Numbered from the whole stretch's first letter, positions 40,584 through 50,080 are shown. The stretch is 59,708 nucleotides of DNA, filler included, from a candidate division WOR-3 bacterium (GCA_016934535.1; 4 parts of 4 records of this genome joined end to end with filler, not necessarily neighbours in it), one strand, 5' to 3'. Made by a program: numbers and translations. Notes: generated by a model not told the origin, from the sequence alone.

Positions 40584-41504
40584 ATGACAAGCTCTCATAA
40601 ATCCGGACAAATTACTTTTGATTATTCTGCTGTAGATTTAGTTGTTGAACAATTTACGGAAGGAAAAGATAATATCGATCTTATTATCAATAATCCCGGA
40701 TACCAACATGTTTTAGAGCACAGTAAAAGATACTCTTCAAATCCTCTTGCAGAAGATAATTTACGAAATTCTTTGAATGGAAAAGTGGAAGGATTCGATT
40801 TTTCTCGCGTGCAGGATAGAAAAGAACAGTATCTTGAAATTGTGGAATTCTTAAAAATTCATGAAACTGAAATTATAAATAACTACGCTAAACTGTGTTT
40901 AAAATACCTTCCAGATGATTATAAACAAAAAGCGAAGATCAATTATGTAATAGGGGGGTATAATGGTATTGCTTTTGACGACATAGTATGTATTAACATC
41001 GATTTTGAGCAGTTTAGAAATAACTACAAGGAAATAATGCTTTATATTTCACATGAATTGTTTCATATAGGTTTTGAAAAATATCAGTTGTTACCAGATA
41101 TTTTTCAAGCTAAAACCGTCGGGGACTTAAAGCAAATTGTTCTTTCAATGACAATGAATGAAGGATTGGCTACGCTTTCTCCCTATCATAAACGAATAGA
41201 AATATGTGAAATTACAGATGGTGATTACAGAATTTTGTTGGATTTGACAAAATTGCAGAAAAAAATAGAACAATTCAATTCAATTATCAAGTATATGGAC
41301 GAAATTAAGGATAATAAACTGAACAATGAAATCCTGGGAAACATACTTGGGCAATTTTCTTGTGACAGGCTTTTTTATATTGTCGGTTGTTATTTCGGGT
41401 TAATGATTGATGAAAAATACGGCAATGACAAAATAAAGGAACTGGTAAAACAAGGACATGAAAAATATTTTGAAACATATTACAAGGCAATTGAAAATAA
41501 ATAA
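40584..41504 (+). CDS. Putative Zn-dependent protease (DUF5700/DUF2268-like)
   Basis: HELFH (HExxH) with downstream NEGLAT; FYIVG. Confidence 0.7.
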   Translation: MTSSHKSGQITFDYSAVDLVVEQFTEGKDNIDLIINNPGYQHVLEHSKRYSSNPLAEDNLRNSLNGKVEGFDFSRVQDRKEQYLEIVEFLKIHETEIINNYAKLCLKYLPDDYKQKAKINYVIGGYNGIAFDDIVCINIDFEQFRNNYKEIMLYISHELFHIGFEKYQLLPDIFQAKTVGDLKQIVLSMTMNEGLATLSPYHKRIEICEITDGDYRILLDLTKLQKKIEQFNSIIKYMDEIKDNKLNNEILGNILGQFSCDRLFYIVGCYFGLMIDEKYGNDKIKELVKQGHEKYFETYYKAIENK

Positions 41505-41545
41505 AACGCAAAACAGCTCTCTCCCTGCTTACAGGTTTGCGTTTA
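41504..41545. terminator. Inverted repeat, putative terminator
   Basis: AAACGCAAA...TTTGCGTTT right after the stop codon. Confidence 0.45.
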
Positions 41546-41567
41546 ATAAACAAACCTAAAAAAAGAA

Positions 41568-42545
41568 ATGCTAAAAATCAATGATATAGCCGGTCAAGCC
41601 TTAAGAGAATACGAGTTAAAGGATTATAACCTGACATTTATCCGGCACAGCGATAATGCGACATTCAAGGTTGAAGATTTAGGTTTGAAAACATATCTCC
41701 TGCGAATTCATGTTCCAATCACCGAAGCCATGGGTTCTCACGGATCCGATCCAATTGCGGTAAACTCTGAACTTTTGTGGCTTGAAGCTTTGAACCGGGA
41801 TACGGATTTGGTTCTGCAAAAGCCGATCAGGAACAGGGAGAAGGCATTGGTCACGCAAGTTCATGTCGATCAAGTTAGCCTGCCAGTCAACTGCACACTC
41901 CTGCATTGGGTAGACGGACAGCCATATTATCGCGATCTGGAATCAGAGCAAACCGCACATCAAATCGGGGAAATTTTGGCAAAGTTACACAATCACGCCA
42001 GTCAATGGAAGATCCCGGAAGGTTTCAGGCGCCCCAAAAGAGACATTGAATACTTTGAAAATGTTTTAAAAGATATCCAACCGGCCCTGAAAGAGGGACT
42101 GATCGCCGCATCTGATTACTCAGAATTTGAGAAATCTATTTTGTTATTGACCGGATTGATGCGCTCTCAGGAAAAGAATCGGCAAACCCATGGGTTAATT
42201 CACGCCGACGCGCACAAAGGCAATATGCTCTGTGACAATGGCAGGATCAGATTAATAGATTTCTCATTCTGTGCGTTCGGGAACTTTATGTTTGACCTGG
42301 CGATTTGTTTTTCCGATATGGAAAAGTTTTTGCACAAAACTTTTTTGGAGGGCTATCAGAGCTTGAGGGTTTTACCCCGTGAGCATCAAAGGTTGATTGA
42401 GGCGTTCTTTGTCGGGAGTATGGTGGGTACGTTCTCATTTTGGGTGGCTAACCCCGGTGCAAAGGAGAAGCTGGCGGCTAAGTCTGCCCAAATAGCAAGA
42501 GATTATGCCGCCAAGTTCAATCGGGGAGAACATTTCTGGTTTTAG
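41568..42545 (+). CDS. APH / type II homoserine kinase-like phosphotransferase
   Basis: YLLRIH, SELLWL, LAKLH, LIHADAHKGN, LIDF, DLA. Confidence 0.85.
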   Translation: MLKINDIAGQALREYELKDYNLTFIRHSDNATFKVEDLGLKTYLLRIHVPITEAMGSHGSDPIAVNSELLWLEALNRDTDLVLQKPIRNREKALVTQVHVDQVSLPVNCTLLHWVDGQPYYRDLESEQTAHQIGEILAKLHNHASQWKIPEGFRRPKRDIEYFENVLKDIQPALKEGLIAASDYSEFEKSILLLTGLMRSQEKNRQTHGLIHADAHKGNMLCDNGRIRLIDFSFCAFGNFMFDLAICFSDMEKFLHKTFLEGYQSLRVLPREHQRLIEAFFVGSMVGTFSFWVANPGAKEKLAAKSAQIARDYAAKFNRGEHFWF

Positions 42546-42745
42546 AAAAGGATTCGTAAGAATCTGGGGACGATGCGTGACTATATTATTAAAATACATA
42601 GAATAATAAGTATACAAACATACGATTATCTCTTTTTATTAGTAATTCTTGTAAAATCACTGCCTGCGCTATTGTAAAAAATCCAAAACTGACTATATAT
42701 TAGATAAAGAGCCTTTATTTGAGGTCAAATTGAAACGGGGAAAAA

Positions 42746-43675
42746 TTGAATAACTATATAAAGATCGCAATTTTAATAGGATTTATAACCCAAATTTCAT
42801 GCACTGAGGAAAGAAATATGAATCAAAAATTTTACAACGAACTGACCCCTGAAGAACAAAGGGTCATAATCGAAAAAGGTACGGAAGCTCCGTTCAGCGG
42901 GGAATATAACGATTTTTTTGAATCGGGTTATTACCGGTGCAGGAGATGTGATGCGCCGCTTTACAGGTCAGAGGATAAATTCAGATCAGGCTGTGGATGG
43001 CCGAGTTTTGACGATGAAATAGAAGGCGCGGTTCTAAGACGGACCGACGCCGACGGAATGAGAACGGAGATTATTTGCGCAAACTGCGGAGCCCATCTGG
43101 GTCACGTTTTTTTGGGTGAAAACTTGACAGATAAAAACACGAGACACTGTGTCAATTCAATTTCTCTCGTGTTTGTACCTGACGACTCCCTGTTGAAAAA
43201 AGCCTACTTCGCCGGTGGGTGCTTCTGGGGAGTGGAATATCAATTTGAAAAAAAAGACGGAGTTATATCTGTTGTCTCTGGTTATATGGGCGGTTCGAGA
43301 GAAAATCCCTCCTACCAAGATGTGTGCGCGGGTAACACAGGTCATCTGGAGTCAGTTGAAGTGACATACGATCCATCCAAGATCAGTTTCGAGGAACTGT
43401 CTAAATTATTTTTTGAAATCCACGATCCGACGCAGGTCAATAGGCAGGGACCGGATGTCGGAGAGCAATACAGTTCCGCGGTATTCTACGGCAATGACGA
43501 GGAAAAGAATGTCGCACAAAGTTTGATAGACATACTTGAAGAAAAGGGATACAACATTGCAACCAGGTTGCTTCCGGTCCAGGAGTTTTGGAAGGCCGAA
43601 GATTATCATCAGGACTACTACCGGAACAACGGCGGACAACCGCACTGTCATAGTTATGTAAAGAGGTTTGATTGA
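42746..43675 (+). CDS. msrAB: Bifunctional methionine sulfoxide reductase, MsrB-MsrA order (alternative start 42818)
   Basis: KGTEAPF, SGCGWPSF, HLGHVF, RHCVNS; FAGGCFWGVE, GYMGG, AEDYHQDY. Confidence 0.95.
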   Translation: MNNYIKIAILIGFITQISCTEERNMNQKFYNELTPEEQRVIIEKGTEAPFSGEYNDFFESGYYRCRRCDAPLYRSEDKFRSGCGWPSFDDEIEGAVLRRTDADGMRTEIICANCGAHLGHVFLGENLTDKNTRHCVNSISLVFVPDDSLLKKAYFAGGCFWGVEYQFEKKDGVISVVSGYMGGSRENPSYQDVCAGNTGHLESVEVTYDPSKISFEELSKLFFEIHDPTQVNRQGPDVGEQYSSAVFYGNDEEKNVAQSLIDILEEKGYNIATRLLPVQEFWKAEDYHQDYYRNNGGQPHCHSYVKRFD

Positions 43676-43736
43676 TAAGAAAGAACTTATAGTCAAGACC
43701 GTTTTTGCTTATGATGTCAAAATGCCGGGAGATTAA

Positions 43737-44087
43737 GTGGGGTATTATCTTTTAAAAATTGCAATAACGACAATACTTATTGTGATGATTTCTGAGATAA
43801 CAAAACGAAGCTCCCTGGTCGGAGCCATATTGGCTTCAATTCCGCTGGTTTCCGTGCTTGCAATGCTATGGCTTTATGTTGACACGAAAGACTCAAACAA
43901 AATCAGTGCTTTTGCCACTGGGGTATTTTGGCTGGTTTTACCCTCTTTGGCCCTTTTTCTTGTTTTGCCCATTCTATTAAAACATGGAATTAACTTTTAC
44001 TTAAGCCTCGCTGTTTCAATGGTTTTAACCATTGCTTGTTATTTTTTTATGATCTGGGTCCTGAATTACTTCGGTATCAAATTATAA
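43737..44087 (+). CDS. DUF3147 family membrane protein
   Basis: ISEITKRS..GAILASIPL, VFWLVLPSL. Confidence 0.85.
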   Translation: MGYYLLKIAITTILIVMISEITKRSSLVGAILASIPLVSVLAMLWLYVDTKDSNKISAFATGVFWLVLPSLALFLVLPILLKHGINFYLSLAVSMVLTIACYFFMIWVLNYFGIKL

Positions 44088-44263
44088 GCTTGTATAGTTT
44101 AGATCCAAAAGGGGCACAGCCCTCATCGAAGAACTACGACTATGAAAGACTTGGGGAAGAGAGCATAAAATTTTTCAAGGGCAAAGAATATCGTCTCTGG
44201 TATGATTGTGTTATTGTATGATAAATCAGTTTCTTTTTGATATGTTACAACGGAATAATCTTT

Positions 44264-44737
44264 ATGAACCATGAGATACCAAAAGACGCAAGGCTTGCTT
44301 CCCGCGTCATTCTCATCAATCCACAGGGGTCAATACTCTACTTGCGTGCAAAAGAGCCCGCAACAGAAAAAACGTTTTGGGTTATGCCCGGCGGAGGTCT
44401 CAAATATGGTGAATCGTTTGAGGATGCGGCACGAAGAGAACTGAAAGAAGAGGCTGGATGCGGTTTTTCGCTGGGTCCATGCGTATGGTTCAGATATCAT
44501 AAATTTTTATGGAATGGCCGGCCGGCGGCGCAATACGAAAGATTTTTCGTCGCTTACACAGAATCGCCGGCGGTGGTTCCTGAAAAACAGGACAGCTACA
44601 TTTTTGCACATCGTTGGTGGAAGATTGATGAATTGAAGGCTTCTGAAGAAGTGTTTGCCCCAAGGGCTGTTGCAGACCTTCTCCCCGGGATCTTAAAAGG
44701 CGATTACCCCACAGAACCCTTTGACTGCGGAGTATAG
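44264..44737 (+). CDS. NUDIX hydrolase
   Basis: Nudix box PGGGLKYGESFEDAARRELKEEAG. Confidence 0.9.
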   Translation: MNHEIPKDARLASRVILINPQGSILYLRAKEPATEKTFWVMPGGGLKYGESFEDAARRELKEEAGCGFSLGPCVWFRYHKFLWNGRPAAQYERFFVAYTESPAVVPEKQDSYIFAHRWWKIDELKASEEVFAPRAVADLLPGILKGDYPTEPFDCGV

Positions 44738-44957
44738 GTAAAGTTATAACGGAGTAAAGAAACAAGGGCATCGGCAATGAATTGGTAAAAATAATGATCC
44801 ATGAGTTAGATCATATAAATTGTGTTGACTTGCCCAGCGATACTGGCGTCCAGCCCTTCAATGAAAAATTCGGCATGTTGAAGTCAAACGGGGAGGATTG
44901 CGATTTTCTCTTTAGAAGTTATATTGAAAATGCCATCAGCAAAGGAGGAGGTTTGTT

Positions 44958-45476
44958 TTGGATACAGTAAAAGAAATATTGAAATCTAATGTGAAACCGA
45001 AAGAAAAAATCTCTCTTTTGGCAGATAAAGCGAAAGAGGATAAAAATATTTTGGCTGAAATAGTCGAATATTCTGGTAAATGCACGAACGCAGAAAAGGG
45101 AAATTGCATAGAAGTCATGGAGTATGTATCAAAAGACAAACCTGAACTCGTCATTCCCTATTTTAACTTCATCAAAGAAAACATTGATTTTAATGCGCCT
45201 AAAGTGAAATGGGAATGCGCAAGAGTAATCGGCAACCTCGCAGCCAAATATCCGGAAAAATCAGCGAAAGCAGTTGAGAAGCTTTTAGTTAACACAGAAG
45301 ACAAAGGCACAATTGTCAGGTGGAGCGCCGCTTTCGCTTTGACTGAAATTGCCAGATCGAATCCAAAACTTCAAAAAAAGCTTGTTGAAAAATTCAAAGA
45401 GATCTTGGAAAAAGAAGCCAACAACGGTGTCAAAAATGTCTATATCAAAGCATTGAAAAGGATAAAAAATCAATAG
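44958..45476 (+). CDS. HEAT-repeat protein
   Basis: All helical; KVKWECARVIGNLA, IVRWSAAFAL; GGAGG SD before a TTG start. Confidence 0.8.
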   Translation: MDTVKEILKSNVKPKEKISLLADKAKEDKNILAEIVEYSGKCTNAEKGNCIEVMEYVSKDKPELVIPYFNFIKENIDFNAPKVKWECARVIGNLAAKYPEKSAKAVEKLLVNTEDKGTIVRWSAAFALTEIARSNPKLQKKLVEKFKEILEKEANNGVKNVYIKALKRIKNQ

Positions 45477-45639
45477 TCATTTTCAAATATTTTTTTTACG
45501 CCATACCGCTGAGTGTTCTGAAGTCGCGGTGGCGGCGATAATCTTTATAAAATGCCTTGATTTGACACCCCTTTTTTACTGATATAAAATGATGAAAATC
45601 TCACAGAAGGGGAAATGCAAGAACCTGTCTTTGTGATTA

Positions 45640-45730
45640 ACCATTTCGCAAGTATGTTTATCCAAATAATTTTCCAAAATATTCTCGGCCATAAAAGTTC
45701 AAAGATGACTGAAATTTATACTCATATGAT
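45640..45730 (+). pseudogene. Tyrosine recombinase/integrase C-terminal remnant
   Basis: NHFASMFIQ..FQNILGHKSSKMTEIYTHM matches the LLGHxSxxTTxIYTHV catalytic His/Tyr box; the rest of the gene is absent. Confidence 0.75.
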
Positions 45731-45823
45731 AACTCTGTTTATGGACAAGTTATCATTATATTATATATCCAATAATCTGTTTTCTGAGGAGGTTATCAAC
45801 AACAATGATTGACCCAAAATATC

Positions 45824-45860
45824 ACTAACACCTTGTTATATATGGCCGTTAGCAGTAACC
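45824..45860 (+). other. Candidate att-like junction 1
   Basis: ACTAAC-18 nt-GTTAGCAGTAACC. Confidence 0.4.
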
Positions 45861-45905
45861 CTCAAACCAACTTGGCAAACAAGAAAGGAATAGAAAATAG
45901 AAAAA

Positions 45906-46460
45906 ATGAATACATGTATTGCTTTTGAAAAACTTAACTCAACAGACCCTAAGATAAAATATGGGTTTGCAAAAGAACTGCTCAAAATCGGAGCTGATTC
46001 TCCAGAGTTTTTGTATCCTCATTTTAATAAATTGACAGAATTACTCAAAAGTGAAAACAATATTTTCCGGTGGACTGCCATTGACCTTTTAGGATATGTT
46101 TCCTCAATCGACACGGACAACAGAATAGACAAACTAATAGGTTCCTTATGGATGTTTCTTCACAGTGGACATCTGATTACTTGCAATCACACCATTTTTA
46201 CTCTTGGAAAAATTGCGGAAAACAAACCAAAACACCGAAAAATAATTATTGGCGAATTCTTGAAGGTTTCGAATGACAAATTTAATACTGAAGAATGCAA
46301 AAACATTGCTATCGGAAAAATAATAGACGCATTAACTCCTTTGTTTCTTGAAATAAGGGACAACAAAACAGCGATCGGTTTTGTCAAAAAAGCAACTACA
46401 AATACAAGAAATTCAACAAAGAAAAAAGCGAACCAACTACTAAAAAAACTGAGAATGTAA
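45906..46460 (+). CDS. HEAT-repeat protein (cassette-like)
   Basis: Helical repeats; LYPHF...LL.SENNIFRW.AI. Confidence 0.75.
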   Translation: MNTCIAFEKLNSTDPKIKYGFAKELLKIGADSPEFLYPHFNKLTELLKSENNIFRWTAIDLLGYVSSIDTDNRIDKLIGSLWMFLHSGHLITCNHTIFTLGKIAENKPKHRKIIIGEFLKVSNDKFNTEECKNIAIGKIIDALTPLFLEIRDNKTAIGFVKKATTNTRNSTKKKANQLLKKLRM

Positions 46461-46495
46461 ACAGCAGGTAAAATGATTTTATTCTGTTTCCTCTT

Positions 46496-46596
46496 ATGGC
46501 TGACCGTCTTTACATCGCGCTAAACATTCCGCTTCGCTCCATTTTTTAGCGATCCTATACCAGCCACTGCAAATAGCCAACCCTTAGCGGTAATGC
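46496..46596 (+). other. Candidate attC-like palindromic junction 2
   Basis: TGGCTG..CGCTAAA-(CCGCTTCGCT)-TTTAGCG..CAGCCA, then CCCTTAGCGGTAATGC. Confidence 0.5.
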
Positions 46597-46647
46597 GGGG
46601 CAATACAACGGAAAACAAAACTTAACAAATTTGGAAACAACAGAGAT

Positions 46648-47094
46648 ATGGTGAAAATAGAAAAAATTACCGAAAACAAGAAACAGTTCCTTGACTTATT
46701 GTTGTTGGCGGACGAGCAGGAAAATATGATTGACAAGTATTTGCCCAGTGGAGACCTGTTTGCTTTGTATGACGATGATTTAAAAAGTGTTTGCGTTGTA
46801 GTGCCTATTAATAGCGATATCTGCGAGTTGAAAAACATAGCGACATACGAAAAATATCAAGGCAAAGGATACGGTAAAGCATTGATAAATTTCATTTGTG
46901 ATTTCTTCAAAAACGACTACAAAACAATGCTTGTCGGGACAGGTGAAACTCCAGCAATCTTGTCTTTTTATGAAAATTGCGGATTTGAAAAGTCACATCG
47001 GGTAAAGAATTTTTTTACTGACAATTACGACCATCCTATGTTCGATGGTGACATACAACTTGTCGACATGATTTATCTTAAAAAGGATTTATAA
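46648..47094 (+). CDS. GNAT N-acetyltransferase (cassette-like)
   Basis: [22 protein letters not shown]...YQGKGYG, VGTG, FYENCGF. Confidence 0.92.
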   Translation: MVKIEKITENKKQFLDLLLLADEQENMIDKYLPSGDLFALYDDDLKSVCVVVPINSDICELKNIATYEKYQGKGYGKALINFICDFFKNDYKTMLVGTGETPAILSFYENCGFEKSHRVKNFFTDNYDHPMFDGDIQLVDMIYLKKDL

Positions 47095-47142
47095 GAATAG
47101 CAGGAATGAATTACAAACGAAATAAAAGAGCTGAACAGATAA

Positions 47143-47220
47143 GCACTACCGCTTTTGTGTGACTTGATAGGAAATCACCCGCAATCCCGCACGGTAAAAA
47201 CAATGACCGTTATAAGTTAC
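47143..47220 (+). other. Candidate attC-like junction 3 (degenerate)
   Basis: GCACTACCGCT (10/11 complementary to AGCGGTAATGC at the start of the unit), then GACCGTTATAAGTTAC. Confidence 0.4.
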
Positions 47221-47234
47221 CACACAGAAAGCAA

Positions 47235-47267
47235 TTGACAAAGAGTATAACTGCAGTTATACTCTTT
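47235..47267 (+). promoter_or_regulatory. TA promoter with a 28-bp perfect palindromic operator
   Basis: TTGACA-17 nt-TATACT; AAAGAGTATAACTGCAGTTATACTCTTT (47240-47267). Confidence 0.8.
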
Positions 47268-47269
47268 TT

Positions 47270-47308
47270 ATGAAAACAGCTGTTTCTTTACCTGACAAGC
47301 TTTTTAAG
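47270..47308 (+). CDS. Ribbon-helix-helix antitoxin (ChpI/MazE-like), cut by the contig end
   Basis: MKTAVSLPDKLFK is typical of RHH antitoxin N-termini; autoregulatory palindrome upstream. Confidence 0.7.
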
Positions 47309-47408
47309 NNNNNNNNNNNNNNNNNNNNNNNNNNNNNNNNNNNNNNNNNNNNTTAATTAATTAANNNNNNNNNNNNNNNNNNNNNNNNNNNNNNNNNNNN
47401 NNNNNNNN
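47309..47408. other. Artificial contig linker
   Basis: N44-TTAATTAATTAA-N44. Confidence 0.98.
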
Positions 47409-47433
47409 TATTTTTTGAATACAAAAAAACCGT

Positions 47434-47462
47434 AACCACGAGTTGACGCGAAGGGACGCGAA
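47434..47462 (+). repeat. AACCRCGA-GACGCRAA short repeat, related to 14193-14212
   Basis: AACCACGAGTTGACGCGAAGGGACGCGAA vs AACCGCGAATAGACGCAAA (reverse complement of 14194-14212). Confidence 0.5.
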
Positions 47463-47577
47463 AAAGAATACAAACGACGAATACGAAGTTTGGGAAAGAC
47501 AAAAAAGATTGTGAAATCAACAATTCCGATGCAATAATAAATAACATAGATTCACAGCTTTTTAATGGGAGGAATAT

Positions 47578-49311
47578 ATGAAAATGCTCTTTTCAGGATT
47601 TCTGTCAGTGTTGATTTTACTTTACGCCCAATCATTGTTCTCCTGCACGACAATACTTGTGACTTCTGGAGCTTCCAATGACGGTTCCGTTTTAGTCACT
47701 CATTCAGACGACAACGAGTTATGCGACGAGAGAATAATCTACGTTCCCGCAATGGATCACCCCCAGGGTTCGTGGAGAATGATTTATCCCACGGCCGTAG
47801 CACTCGGCGAAATTCCAGAATACAACTGCTTTCTGGAACCTCGCCTTGTGTGTTCTGAACGCGGACCCGGATACGACACTCCAGAATATCCAGTGACTAT
47901 ACCTCTTGATTCGATACCAGAGGCCGGTCACACTTACGCATATTTCGACGGAAGCTACGGAATAATCAACGAGCATCAGCTAATGATAGGCGAGTGCACT
48001 AACGGCGCAAAAATACAGCTGAACTGCGAGAGGGGAAAAAGAATATTCTATTCGAGCGAACTTTCGAGAATAGCCCTCGAAAGGTGCAGGACGGCAAGGG
48101 AAGCCGTCGAACTTATAGGATACATGATAGAAAAATACGGCTACTACGGTACTGGCGAAACGCTTCTGCTGGGTGATCCGAACGAGGGTTGGGTCATGGA
48201 AATGTGCTGCGGCACACCCGACAGTTCGGGCGGATTGTGGGTTGCAAGAAGAGTTCCCGACGGGGAATTGTTCGTCGCCGCAAATGAATTCAGGATCAGA
48301 GACATTGTACCGGGAGACCCGGACATTCTTTACTGTGAAAATCTTTTTGAAACCGCACAGGACATGGGTTGGTGGAAACCTGAATCAGGCACACTGGACT
48401 GGCTTAAAACCGTCAGTCTCGGGGAATATAATCACCCCTATTACTCTCTCAGAAGAGTTTGGCGGGTTCAGAGTCTTGCCGCGCCAGAACTGAATCTCTC
48501 TCCGTGGGTGGAGGACGGCTGCACCAGGTATTATCCTTTTTCATTAAAACCGGATCATCCTCTTTCGCTCCTTGAAGTGATGAACCTTCACAGGGATTGT
48601 TATGAGGGGACCGAATTCGACATGACCAAAGGTACAGCAGCAGGCCCTTTCGGTTTTCCTTACCGCTACTACGGTCCTTACGACGGTCAGGGTGACGTCG
48701 GTGATCCCACGAGAGTTCTTGAAGGTGCATGGGAACGCACTCTTTCGGTCAGCTACTGCGGCTTCGTCTACGTAAACCAAGCCCGTAAATGGCTTCCCGA
48801 CGCCGTCGGCGGAATTTGCTGGATGGGTCTGGATCGGCCCTCAGAGACTTGTTTCATCCCATTCTTCGTCGGTATAAGCGATCTTCCTCCTTCCGTGCAA
48901 AACTGCAACACCGCCGAGTTTTCGGATCAAAGCGCGTGGTGGGCATTCAACACGGTCTCAAATTGCACTTCGATAAAATACTCTTATATGATAGAAGACA
49001 TCAAAATACTCAGGGACAGCATTGAAACAGCGGAAATCCAACTGGTATCTTCGATTGATTCACTGATCTTAAAAAACAGTGAATCAGGCGAAATCACGGA
49101 AAAAGCCGAAGTTTTTCTGACCGAACAATGTTTCGAAAATACAGAAACAGTCGTAGATAGATGGTGGAAACTGCTGGCGTATATGATAGTTCGCTACGAC
49201 GACGGATATATAAACACCGAAGGACACATGGCTCAGGAAGTAGGATATCCGCAGTGGTGGTTGGATCAGGCAGGATGGAAAGACGGCCCGACGACTTACG
49301 AAAAAAAGTGA
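47578..49311 (+). CDS. Secreted C69 family dipeptidase (Ntn hydrolase)
   Basis: Signal peptide then CTTILV..GAS.DGS; INEHQL.IGE; ALERC.TAREAV; WVARRVPD; SAWWAF. Confidence 0.9.
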   Translation: MKMLFSGFLSVLILLYAQSLFSCTTILVTSGASNDGSVLVTHSDDNELCDERIIYVPAMDHPQGSWRMIYPTAVALGEIPEYNCFLEPRLVCSERGPGYDTPEYPVTIPLDSIPEAGHTYAYFDGSYGIINEHQLMIGECTNGAKIQLNCERGKRIFYSSELSRIALERCRTAREAVELIGYMIEKYGYYGTGETLLLGDPNEGWVMEMCCGTPDSSGGLWVARRVPDGELFVAANEFRIRDIVPGDPDILYCENLFETAQDMGWWKPESGTLDWLKTVSLGEYNHPYYSLRRVWRVQSLAAPELNLSPWVEDGCTRYYPFSLKPDHPLSLLEVMNLHRDCYEGTEFDMTKGTAAGPFGFPYRYYGPYDGQGDVGDPTRVLEGAWERTLSVSYCGFVYVNQARKWLPDAVGGICWMGLDRPSETCFIPFFVGISDLPPSVQNCNTAEFSDQSAWWAFNTVSNCTSIKYSYMIEDIKILRDSIETAEIQLVSSIDSLILKNSESGEITEKAEVFLTEQCFENTETVVDRWWKLLAYMIVRYDDGYINTEGHMAQEVGYPQWWLDQAGWKDGPTTYEKK

Positions 49312-49344
49312 AAGGTTAAGATTTATTTTTCTGAATAAATAAAA

Positions 49345-49710
49345 TCAGGGTTTTCCAGAAATTTCCAAAAGATTCCCGTCGGGGTCCTCGAACTTGAAAA
49401 GAGCAAAATCGGGCGCGAATTCCTGATATTTTTCGACGATTTTTACTCCTTCTGTTTTTAAAAATTCATGACACTCTCTGACGCTGTCGACCGAGAAGCT
49501 CGGAGAAAACTCGGCGTATTCTCTAGACTGTTCTGGCTTCTTTCTTCTTCCGGGTTCAGCGTATATAGTCACTTTCCCAGACTTGAAAAGAACTCCCGGC
49601 GGCATCTCCCCCCCGTCCTCGAACCCGAGTATCTCCTTGTAGAACTTTTTGGCTGTTTCGATGTCTGAAACATACAACGTCAAAACGTTCAGATCATTCA
49701 CTTTCTGCAT
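49345..49710 (-). CDS. VOC/glyoxalase family protein
   Basis: LYVSDIE.AKKFY..ILGF; F.DPDGNLLEI. Confidence 0.9.
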   Translation of the reverse strand: MQKVNDLNVLTLYVSDIETAKKFYKEILGFEDGGEMPPGVLFKSGKVTIYAEPGRRKKPEQSREYAEFSPSFSVDSVRECHEFLKTEGVKIVEKYQEFAPDFALFKFEDPDGNLLEISGKP

Positions 49711-49762
49711 TAACTGCCTCCCGTTTTTTTGTGTATTTCATACATTATTTTTACGTCTAAAA

Positions 49763-50080
49763 TCAAACAATAGCCATAAATACGAGTAACGCGTGAAGGT
49801 AAAAAGATCCGGCCAGAAGTGCAGGTACACAGCACAACAGAATCATAAGAAGGTCAACGATTTTGTTTTCTTTTATCAGCAGAAGATACGAACCGTAATT
49901 TCCGAGAAAAAGGCTCACAGACGATGAAAACAGAAGGAGAGAAAGAGAGAGAAAGCGATTCAAGGAATGAGGGACAAATCCCTGATCGGAGTATATCGCC
50001 CATGACAAAACGTATATCAAAAACGGCGGGATGATCTGAAATAACAGCGCCGACAATGGAACTAAATAGGTTTTTCTCAT
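49763..50080 (-). CDS. Hypothetical membrane protein
   Basis: Three TM helices; 4-nt ATGA overlap with the upstream gene. Confidence 0.55.
   Translation of the reverse strand: MRKTYLVPLSALLFQIIPPFLIYVLSWAIYSDQGFVPHSLNRFLSLSLLLFSSSVSLFLGNYGSYLLLIKENKIVDLLMILLCCVPALLAGSFYLHALLVFMAIV

Noticed and set aside
44782-44970. 62-aa ORF containing HELDH (peptide deformylase-like metal motif)
   Set aside because: Only five residues match, the other motifs are absent, and there is no clear SD; at best an unassignable fragment
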